Shown here: piece by piece, positions 38,505-49,900 of the stretch
How the letters are laid out: each line of letters begins with the position of its first letter
Numbering within the stretch: the stretch's first letter is position 1
NCBI RefSeq assembly: GCF_018350175.1
Contig: NC_058368.1
Coordinates: 146,632,001-146,696,000 of the forward strand
Length of the DNA: 64,000 nucleotides
Direction of reading: 5' to 3'
Source of the DNA: Felis catus
Taxonomy: Eukaryota
Position numbers and translations under genes: made by a program
Notes under the pieces: model-generated
What the model was told of the DNA's origin: nothing
Database searches by the model: none
The model's input: the letters and a program-made list of their open reading frames with translations, nothing else

Positions 38505-38548
38505 TGGTGGTCTTTGATCATATTTTTGGTGGTCTTTGATCATATTTT
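38505..38548. repeat. Perfect 22-bp tandem duplication
   Basis: (tggtggtctttgatcatatttt)x2. Confidence 0.95.
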
Positions 38549-38603
38549 GTCACAAGTGTTAAATGGACCTTGGCATCTGTAAGTGAGGAAGAAAGTAGAA
38601 TTA

Positions 38604-38829
38604 GGGGCACCTGGGTGGCTCAGTCGGTTAAGTATCTGACGTTAGCTCAGGTCATGATCTCGCAGTTTGTGAGCTCAAGCCCCGCATCGGGCTCTGTGCT
38701 GATAGCCCAGAGCCTGGAGCTTGCTTCACATTCTGTGTCTCCCCCTCTCTCTCTGCCCCTCCCATGCTCATGCTCTGTCTCTCAATAATAAATAAATGTT
38801 AAAAACATTTTAATAAAAATTAAAAAAGA
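38604..38829 (+). mobile_element. CanSINE (SINEC)
   Basis: TSD aaagtagaatta at 38592 and 38830. Confidence 0.93.
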
Positions 38830-41800
38830 AAAGTAGAATTAAATATCATTAAAACATGTATTTTAAAGTTTCATGAAACATTGTAATTAAATCACAAGTA
38901 ATGGTGAGGGGTGGAAAGTATATCTTGAATTACCCAGATTTTATACCTCACTTTGCTGTATCCATGTTACCTTGTCTATAGCAACATGGCTTAAGGATTC
39001 TTTTGACTTATGCTACCAAAGTGAGTTTGTTCATTATACATTTACATTGAGAAAAACAGTGATTACCACCCTGATAGAAGCCTTATATGGAATTCTGGGT
39101 TTGAAAAGGTGAATGATGAAAAAAAATGGAAGCTCTGTCTGCATTTTCAGATTATCTAGATTTTTATATCCAGTATAGTCTTTAGTGTTTGCATTATCTG
39201 TATGTTTCTTTAGTTGTATCACAAAATTTGAGCTGCTACTATAATCAGAGGACAATATCTCTTTAGCCCCAAACTCACATCTTTCAAAGGAAGTATCAAA
39301 TTCTACTAGAATGTAAACTTTTTCACTCTTGATGATAAAAAACTGAGCAGATGTTCTTCTAACTAAATTCTCAAAGAGGGGCTGAGTTGCAAGAGTGTGA
39401 ACACCATTCATGTTTAAAGTATAAGTATCCTTACACTTCAACTGTGGAATATAGAATTTAGTAAGGGAGCGGAGACAAAAACATAAAAACAGCTGAGGAA
39501 TTTAGACATAAGAAATAGTATGACCTAAGTCCCAAGGCATACAAATCAAAGATACAACCAGTTTGGGGTGAGGAGTTTTAGAGAAGACACTGGAGAACTG
39601 AGGGCTTTAGCTGGATCATTCATAAATGCATGGGTGAAGTTCAAAGGAGGATTTACAAAGCATTCCAAGTTGGGGGTGAGAGGACTCTGCTTGAATAGAA
39701 GTCTGAGCCGGGAATGAGGAGGATAATGAGAGAGGGACATGGAGTTGCTGGTCTCCAAGGCAGAGAAGCAGAGAATTCTAACAGAAAACTGAAGGGGAGG
39801 GTAAATATGGGGACAGTCAATTGGGCCGTTCAAACACCCTGTTGAAGAGGTCAGGTGGAAGAGGTGAGCGGAAACTGCTATTGACCTTTGAAGAAAAGAG
39901 TAACATAATTAAAAATAAAATGGTGTCTGTTAAAGTTTGTCTCAGTAGCTTTAATTTAAGGGTGTAGAAAGGAAGTATAAATCTATATCTATGAGAGGCC
40001 TTTGTTTTACTTTACTCAAAGTTGTTACTTAAATTTTAAATCATTAATGCTGACCAAAGCATTTTTCTGGTGTTTGGGTATTTGGTACCTATCTATCTAT
40101 CAAAGGCTTTGACAGTGTGGGAGTACCAGAGTAGAAAAGATAATAAATGTGCTGTCTATGGTTGGTTTTTGTTTATCTGTTCTATTTTTAAGCAAACATT
40201 TTGAAATCTTAATAACCTGGCTTACTTCTCTGTCATATAGCTTTTTCTCTTATTGTTCAGAAGAGCTTGAAAGTCCCAAACTTACTGGATTATGCTCTCC
40301 AGGCAAGCTCTGCTCTTTAAAAATTTGAAGTTATCAACTCTCCTGGGCCTTTTCTATAAGTAAGAAGAGACCACACTTGGTCATATCTCCTTATGCGCAC
40401 TTAGACCAGATGACTGTATCTAAATACGTTCTTTCCGCTTGAAGGAACAGCATTATTAGAGGATTATCTCAAGTTGGGAAAAGAGATGATTCCCATTTAT
40501 CATCCCCATAACATGTCTGTCTCTTAAAAGCGAGGCCATCAGAAACGCTTACATTGTTTATACATATACATTACCCTTTCTGGGTGTAAAATTCATGAAT
40601 TGAGAAATATTGAGCTCCTTGCTCAGCAAGAGGAGACTGTCAGTATAAAGTAACATGCTTGGGAGGTGCACCAAATGAACCTCCACTGGCAGAGTTAATA
40701 GGGAGATGTGGGTCACAGAGTCTAATGCTGATCTCCCAACCTTTAGATTAATCTCTCTCATCTCTGGGAGGATTGAGTGTTGATATAAATATCACCTGAT
40801 TTTCAGTTATTAAGGTAATTCATTAAGAGTGCAGAAACATCTGATGAGATTTGGGGAGGGTATTTACATCTTGATTACTAATGTCAATTTTGTTTCAAAT
40901 ACCCTGAGTTGGCACCATTTTTAGTTTAATGTCTCAGATTCTGAAAATATTGAGGAATTTAGGATATCTGAAACAATCTGATTAAAATTTGTATTAGGTG
41001 ATTTTCTTTGATTCAGGAGGTGCCAATTAGCATTTTATTTTAATTAAGAACATATCAAACGTGAATGAAAGTGGGGCACTTGTTTCTGTATGGTCGATGG
41101 ACCTATAGGTATGTGTGAGAAAACGTGAACATCTTAAAGAACTTCAAGCTTTCTCTATTTAAATTCTCTGAGGATTGCTCAAGCACTCCATTGTAGTTGT
41201 CTATTACATTTTTAAAATAAGGAAACAAAATATTTTTTGTTGCACATTAAAGTGGAATCCATTTTGCTAAAGAAATGTGATCCTAATATACCTCTGCTGA
41301 GTAAACTGGTATATACTTATATTTAATTAAAAGCTCTTAAGCTTAAATTGTAAAATTCCCTAAAGAGAACGTGAACTTCAGCCAGCTGCCTGGGCATCTT
41401 AGCAACTATGTTTTGTGTCTGCTAACAGCATAACTGGAACACTTGTGCTATGTCCACAGAACTCCGCCATGAGGTACTTAAAAATACATGGTGAATACAT
41501 GGTGAGGTCAGCTCGCAATAAAGCTTTGTGTGCCTTTACAAAAAATCTATTAACTGTGATACTAGTATATGCAAGTCAAGGTGTTAAAATACATTTGTAT
41601 AAACATAGAACAGATTATACACACAGTGTGCAAACTTCTGTGGTTCTTCCCTTGAAATCCAAATAAAAGTTATATTATCCTTAGGATAAAATTCTAACAT
41701 AGAGAGCCTTTTTTAAGGACATGTTCATCTAAGAACTGGGAGCATTAATGACTCCATCAGGTTGCACTGTTAGTACAAAATAGAGCAGATCATGACTTTG

Positions 41801-43817
41801 GAATGAGATACCTGCTTTTACAATCGCACAGGTGTCCACCCCACCCACCCCCATCTCACCCGGCAAAGAAACTTCTATGGTTTGCAATAATTATAGTACT
41901 TGCAATTCTCTAATAACATGTGTGGTGGGTGGGGTAGTACTAAGAAAGAGGAATGAAGAAGTTCTTTCAAAGACTGAATAACAAAAAGGAGAAAATAGGA
42001 ATATGGGTGAGATGTAAGGTAGCAATGACAGAGGAATGGGGTTGTGGGAAAGAACCCTCCCATCCATATTGGGTAGATTTCATAGCCCCACACCCCCCAC
42101 TCCATGAGATTTTAAAAGTATGGGAACAAATCAGCCACAAGGAGAGAATAGAATGTAGATTGATCTGTAGGGAATCTGTTGCAGAAAAAAAATGAACATT
42201 TCCCTCACTCTTAAAACAATATTAAGAAATCTGATGAAACCATTTGGAAGCTGACACAACTTATTCAAACAAAGTGAATATTAGTCTCTGTATAATTGTG
42301 AGAATATTTCTTTCAGAAAAAGGAAACAATAATTTCAAGTCTTATTTGTATCTGTTTTATTTAAGAATTCCCATTGAATAGAACACTTTTGTAATACATA
42401 TCAAATGAGCACTTTTTAAAATCTTCTCAGTCCCTGTTGACCATGACATGCCCACAGTTCTTTGGTGGTTACCAGCTTCATGGTACAATGAGAACCTTAA
42501 GACAAAATAGCTCAAGATGTTTCTGTATTTTCTACTATTCTGAAAGCAAGTCAGACCAGATACTTGGGAGGCAGGTGAAAGAAGGAATCCTGGATTAAAT
42601 GTAGTGATCGGTACATTTGCAATGTGTACACTCAAAATAAGGAGAAAAGGGTTTAGCAAGGCCATTTTACTAACCTCTTGGTGAGAGCATTTGTTTCAAA
42701 GAGAGAGACATGTAGGCAGACAGTCAAACGACTTGGAAAATATTCTTGAGGCTCTTAGGTCTCTACAGAGTTGGTAAGCAAGGGTTTGCAGTAGGGTCTG
42801 ATACATAATAGGTAGTAAATGTTGTGCAGTCAGTTGGCTTCTGGGAAGATAATGTGGTTGGGTGGCATGCATAGTTGTGGTAGTGAATTTAATTTTGTGT
42901 GCAAAAGCCAATATGAAACCGACTGTGTTTGTGAAGAACATACAAAGGCCATCTCTGCTATGTTTGTATTGCTGTGATTGAAATTCTGTGATATTTATTT
43001 AGGCTAGAAAATGGAATATACTGCATCTAACAGTTGAATCTTTTGGTAAAATATTCTGATGTGATCATCTAAAATGCTAAGGGAAGTCCCCATAGATTCA
43101 TGTGAAATAAAAAATGTTAAAGTTCCTTATCCAAGTGGAAAATAGACTAAAAGAATGTTACGCTTTGTTCATTGGAACTAAAACTGGAGAATATAAAGTG
43201 AATGCCAGGGTCTTTTATTAATTGAATTAAGTAGATTTAATAAGAGTTGATAGTCAATGAAATTATTATATAAATTTTTGATTCACAATTACAGTTCTTT
43301 GTTTTCTTTCCTAGAAAAAAAAAGACATTTTATTTTAAATTATTCACTCCTTTGTAAAACATTTAAGTGAACACCAAAACATGTCAGTTCCTTTGACACA
43401 TTGACAATTGACACACTGACTTACCTTAGTGTCTTCTCTCTCTCCATTTTTCTCCACCCCACTTATTTTTAGAGCTACCAACATCATACATTGATGGAAC
43501 CTCCGTTTAGGTTCATTCTGAAGATCATGAGATATGTTTATATCAGTTTTTCATTACTATTCTTTAAGTAAGGAATTTATTCAGATACCTATATAAATCT
43601 ATAATGACAGTGAGTGCTGTTTACTCTATTTCTGGTCCAGGAGTTTATAAATAAACAGTATCAAGCAGTTATTTCCTTATTTATCTTGTGTTTGCTAGGA
43701 GAACTTTGGCTGAACGGTTAGTTTTATCTCCGTTATTTATAAAAGGTACAAAATGTGGTGGGGATTCTTCATATGCTTGACACAGACCTGTTTCTTATTT
43801 AAAACTCTTTCTGTGTT

Positions 43818-44032
43818 GGGGCACCTGGGTGGCTCAGTCAGTTAAGGGTCTGACTCTGACTTTTGGCTTAGGTCATGATTTCATGGTTTGTGAGTTTGAG
43901 CCTCACATCAGGCTCCATGCTTACATATGGAGGTTGCTTGGGATTCTTTCTCTCCTCCTCTATCTGTCCCCAGCTCAATATCATTCTCTCTCTCAAAATA
44001 AATAAACTTAAAAAATTTTCTTAATAAAAAAA
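43818..44032 (+). mobile_element. CanSINE (SINEC)
   Basis: TSD taaaa(c/t)tctttctgt(g/a)tt. Confidence 0.9.
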
Positions 44033-44230
44033 TAAAATTCTTTCTGTATTTAAATGAAAGATATTGTGTGAATTTAGCATCCGTGTGTGTGCTGCTTCTT
44101 AATGTGAATTCTAGTTTTATTTACACAAAATGAAACGTAGTGCAAAAGATTCAATGTAAAATGAGAGTATTAGCAATTTAAGATAGGCACAGTTTTGAAG
44201 CACTGGTTAAATCCTATAAAAATGTACAGA

Positions 44231-44450
44231 GGGGCACCTGGGTGGCTCAGTCGGTTAAGCGTCCAACTTCAGCTCAGGTCATGATCTCACAGTCCATGGG
44301 TTCAAGCCCCACATCGGGCTCTGTGCTGACAGCTCAGAGCCTGGACCCTGCTTCAGATTCTGTGTCTCCCTCTCTTTGCCCTTACCCTGCTCACTCCTCT
44401 GTCTTTCTCTCTTTCTCTCAAAAGTAAATAAACAAAAAAAATTTTTTTTT
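44231..44450 (+). mobile_element. CanSINE (SINEC)
   Basis: TSD aatgtacaga at 44221 and 44451. Confidence 0.93.
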
Positions 44451-44610
44451 AATGTACAGAATAGTTTAACTGAGTCTGGCTTACCTCAACTATATTAAAA
44501 TAGTATTGGCACTGAGAGACTACGTAGTATGGTGATTAGGCAAAACCACTGATGTGATGTTTCAAAAGATTTATTTGTACAAAAAGCATTTAAAATGTAT
44601 TATCATATAT

Positions 44611-44834
44611 GGGGCGCCTGGTTGGCGCAGTCGGTTAAGCGTCCGACTTCAGCCAGGTCACGATCTCGCGGTCCGGGAGTTCGAGCCCCGCGTCAGGCTC
44701 TGGGCTGATGGCTCAGAGCCTGGAGCCTGTTTCCGACTCTGTGTCTCCCTCTCTCTCTGCCCCTCCCCCGTTCATGCTCTGTCTCTCTCTGTCCCAAAAA
44801 TAAATAAACGTTGAAAAAAAAATTTAAAAAAAAA
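44611..44834 (+). mobile_element. Young SINEC_Fc-type SINE
   Basis: CpG-rich; 19-bp TSD taaaatgtattatcatata at 44591 and 44835. Confidence 0.94.
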
Positions 44835-46961
44835 TAAAATGTATTATCATATACATATATGTACATATGCATATATATTATCTCAAAATTTTTCTAATAG
44901 CAAAATGTGGGCTTCACTGGAAGCCATATTAAAAGGTGTTATTATCTGAAGATCTTATTGAGTTCTCTTTTAAAACATATATAAAATGAGACACTATAAG
45001 ATCACAGCAACAACTTCAGTAATCTAATATTGAACAAACTTATGTTTTTAGTTATATTGTTTGGAAAAAGGTAAGACATTTAGTCATTTTCCTGCTTGGC
45101 AGTTAAGAGTTGTTGCAACATCTGTGGCAGAAATCATATGTATTTGTTTTATATTTTTTAATATACCAGAGTTATGCATTGATCTCACTTCTCTTATGGT
45201 AGAAATATTTTATTCATTTGAATGCCCATAAGCCTTTGTTTCCACAGGTGAAAGGCTGAGTACATGGAATAGAATGAGTTGGAGATTTGGGTATAGGGTA
45301 TAGGATTAGGGTAGGAACAACCGAGCCCTATGCAAGTAATATTTTATAGAGATAACACAGTGAAGATGTGACGGGGTATAGTGAAGGGTTTTCTTTCTTG
45401 CTTTTATAAGGTTGAAAGGGGTAATGTAAAAATTGTATATGTCTTCTAGTTACATAAAAGTCTTGTTTTCTTTGGTTTTCTATCAAAGCTTAGTTAAAAA
45501 TATAGGAGCGTCTTAGAGTTTTTATTGATAGTTCACATCCTTCTGTATTTATTTTGGTGCGTGAAGAATACAAGCACTGCTCGTTCTTTCTCAATAAGGA
45601 TTTTTCTTTTCTGACTTATCAGTAAATGCTAGATGGTGGTCCTTTCATACATGGGAGGGAGTGGCTTCTTGCTACAGGAACGTTCCCCCTGTTGATGGGG
45701 GACAGAGGTGGCTCCGTCATAATTATTCCTTCTGCAAGCTTTCAGGCTTAGCCTGAGCATATGTGGCATGGATCGGGGCTAGTCTGAAAACTAATTCTAC
45801 AACAGTGTCCTGGAGTGGGAGAGCGAGACACTCTGCAATCCTGCATGTTTCTCTTTGTCTTCTTCACGGGTCATTGCACCCACAGGCACCTTTACACACT
45901 GCCGTGACACAGGGGCCAGGACAGCTGTAGTGGCAGGATCCTCTCCTAGGACAACTGAATTCCACTCTGATGAAGGTGAGGGCCCAGGATTTACTCTTTC
46001 CTCGTGCCTGGGCAAAGAGTTTTGCTGGTGTATTTCTGGAAGCAGTAAAGTCCATTGAGCTTAATGGTTGGTACCCTTTAGCAATTTACAATCAAGGGAA
46101 ATGTTCTGAGGATATGTCTTATGTGAAGTATGCTCGTCCAAATGTTTAGATGCGACCCCTGAAATTCCTTTGGAGAATATGTTAGTAAGAAGAGCCATAA
46201 CAGACCCAATCCAAATCACCTCTCACGAAGGACAAAGGTATAAAGTATGGAGGGCTCTTCCTTCCTGGTGTTTTCAGTGACGTATCCTGCGCAGGGCCCC
46301 CCATCCGGGGCTTCTTGCCCTTGTATCTGGGATGTGGCTGCAGCCTGTGCAGCTAAATCTTGTCTCACTGTTACACCAGGGGCGGGGGTTGGGGGGGGGG
46401 AGGTTGTTGTTGCACTGTGAAAGCACTATAAAGAAACCTCTTATTTACTTTTCTGAAAACGGTCTTCTCTAGGGCAGATTTTGGCAAGAGAAGGACTCTC
46501 TTCTCATTTCCTTATTGAATAGAAGGTGTCTAAGCATCCCCTTTCAGAAAACAATAATCACATACTTTTTCTGTATGATCTGGTGAAATGGTCTTAATTT
46601 TTCTTTTTCTTTTTTTTTTTTCAGTTCACACACATGTGAATTCCCACATTTCATGATGACAATGCATATATGTGATTCCTTGTTTCAGTTTAAGCACATT
46701 GCTTTGTTAAATGTGTTGAAGAGTTTTCATAACCTGTTCCTACCACTTTAAATTGGATATATTTTTCTTGTTGTTAATGTGAATCCACAAATTTGGAAAC
46801 TGAGAACCCTGTGTAGAAGGATGATTGCCTGTTATGTAAAAAGATTCGAATCCTTTCTTTGTGTGTGTGAGCTTAATCAGCCAGCCTTGCTATCGAGTTC
46901 TTCTGTCATACACTGCCAAATCTTCTATTCAAGTGTTGTGAAAACTCTTTGTTTTTTTCAG

Positions 46962-49900
46962 GTCGAATGAGTGATTTGAGTGTAATTGGTCATCCAATAG
47001 ATTCAGAATCTAAAGAAGATGAACCTTGTAGTGAAGAAACAGACCCAGAGCACGATCTAATTGCTGAAATTTTACCTGAGATAATTGAAATAGATCTGTA
47101 CCACAGTGAAGAAGACGAAGAGGAGGATGAAGAATGTACGAATGCTACTGACGTCACGACCACCCCGTCAGTGCAGTACATAAATGGGAAACAGCTCGTT
47201 ACCACTGTCCCCAAGGACCCAGAAACAGCAGAAGCTCGGCGTGGCCAGTTTGAGAGCGTTGCACCTTCTCAAAATTTTTCAGACAGCAGTGAAAGTGAAA
47301 CGCATCAGTTTGTGATGGCTGAAACTGGACAGTCTACTGCTGTGCAACCTAATGAATCGAAAGAGACAACAGAGTCGCTTGAACTTACGTGGAGGCCTGA
47401 GACTTACCCAGAAACACCAGAACATTTCTCAAGTGGTGAGCCTGATGTGTTCCCCACAGTCCCATTGCATGAGGGAGAAACCACAGAGGGGCGAGAATCA
47501 GTCACAGAGAGAGGGCCTGAATTTGGTAATCTGGTCCATGAGCACATAGAACCTGTACCTCTGTTTTCTGAAGAGTCTTCAGGAGATGCTTCCATTGACC
47601 AAGAATCTCAAAAAATAGTATTTTCAAGGGCTACTGAAGTAACATTTGGTGAAGAGGCAGAAAAAAGCACTTCTGTCACATACACTCCAAGTACAGTTCC
47701 AACTTCTGTGTCAGCAGATGTTTCAGAGGAAGTCTCAGTTACCTTCACAGGAAATGCCCTCCCTGAAGACCGCTTGTCCACTGTAGAAAGCTGGGCCGAA
47801 ATAACCCCTAGGGAAAATGCAGAGCTCTCAGTCAGTCCTTCAATTCCCATTCCAGAAGGCTCTGGGGAAGCAGAAGAAGATAAAGATAAAATGTTCACCA
47901 TAACAACTGATTTCTCACAGAGCAATACTACAGATACATCCATTACTTTAGACACTGGCAAGATCGTGATCACAGAAAGTCTTTTTGATGTTCCTGCAAC
48001 CACCTCTTATTTGATCTCTCAACAACTTTCTGCAGAAGTAGTGCCAACCAAATTTACAGGGGAAACAGACACTTCTGAGTGGGTTTTCAGTACATCTCTT
48101 GAAGGAAAGAAGAGAAAAGATGAGGAGGTGGGATCTACAGTTGGATCAGCTACAGTTCAGGTACATTCATCTACACAGAGATCAGATCAATTGGTTTTAC
48201 CCTCTGAATTAGAAAGCTCAAATGAAGCTACATCTAGTGGTTCAGCATCTACTGACAGGAGCAGTTTTATGTCCTCGACAAAACCCACACAATCTGAAAA
48301 AGAAATGGCAAGGTCTACTCTTGTCTTTACAGAAACAAATGTTTTAGACAGTCTGGGGGCACAGACTGCTAAGCCCAGCAGTAGCGGTCACCATGAGGTT
48401 CAAGAAGGGCCGTCCACTGTCCCAGGTAGCCCCACCTCTCTCTCCATGGAGCTGGGCTCTGGAGAAGCTGCTGCTGATCCAGAAACTACCAGTGTTTCTT
48501 CATTTTCATTAAATTTAGAGTCTGAAATTCAAACCAAAAAGGAAGCAGCTGGCACTTTGTCTCCCCATGTGGAAACTATACTCCCTTCTGAGCCAACAGA
48601 ATTAGCTTTGACTACTGTAATGGACAGGGAGGTTGCTGAAATTAAAAGCCAAACATCCAAAGAAAACTTGGTTTTAGAAGTCTCAGGAGAACAACACCAT
48701 GGGGCAGAGATAAAGGGCTTTTCTACAGATTTTCCTTTAGAAGAAGATTTCAGTGGTGACTTGAGAGAATACTCAACGGTAACTTATCCCATAGCAAAAG
48801 AAGAACGAGTAATGATGGAAGGCTCTGGGGATGCAGCATTGAGGGATAGCCAGATTTCACTATCACCTGTAATACCTACTTCAGATCACAGCAACCACAG
48901 AGCCGACGCAGAAGGACCCAGTGGCACTTTGGTCAGCACTGCTGGCTTCCCTTGGGAAGAGTTCACAGCCTCAGCTGAGGGCTCAGGTGAGCAGTTGGTC
49001 TCAGTAAGCAGCTCCGTGGACCAAGTGTTTCCCAGTGCTGTGGGAAATGTTTCTAGTACAGATCCCCCATTTACTGACCGACGATTGGGAGTAGAAGGTG
49101 CTATTAATGAAACTGATACAAGATCCACCATTTTACCAACATCAGAAACTGAAGGTACTGAAAAGGGGGGGGTGAAAGTCGCTGTCACAGTCTCAGCGAA
49201 CTTTCCCCAGACTATGGCACCAGCCAAATTATGGTCCACACAAGAAGTCAACCCTGTGAGACAAGGAATTGAAAGTGAGACAGTGTCAGAGGAAAAGATT
49301 CAGGAGCAAAAATCTTTTGAATTCCCTCAAAGTTCTGTTGCACCAGAACAAACGGTTTTCTATTCACAAACATTTACTGAACTGGGACTCCACACCACAG
49401 ATTCCCCTACGCTAACGACAAAGAAAATGTACCATCCTGATGAGGAAATGGAGGAGGAAGACATTTCTTTAGTTGATGTATCTACTCCGGATCCAGAAGC
49501 AAAGGGCATGGCACCCTTCACTGCTGTCCCTGAAGTTACTGAAAAATCCCATTTTTTCTTAGCTACTACCTCAGTGACTGAATCTGTATCCACTGAAAGT
49601 GTAGTTACAGATTCACCAATCAAAAAGGAGGAAAATGTAAAACCTTTTCCTGAAGTTATGAGACCAATAATTAAAGAGTCAGATACTGATCTTTTATTCT
49701 CTGGGCTGGGATCAGGAGAAGAAGTCTTGGCTACTACAGTATCAGCGAGTTTTACTGAAATGGAACAAATTGTTACCACATTATATCCTCATGCTTCTCA
49801 AATGGAGAATTTAGAAACCAGCCTCATAAGTGATACAAGTGAAGGCTATAAGGGAAGAGAAAATGTAGCAAATGAAGTTAGACCACTCATTTCTAAGACA

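Noticed and set aside
44611..44700. tRNA-like A/B boxes as tRNA genes
   Set aside because: They are SINE heads followed by a CT-rich body and poly-A, and flanked by TSDs.
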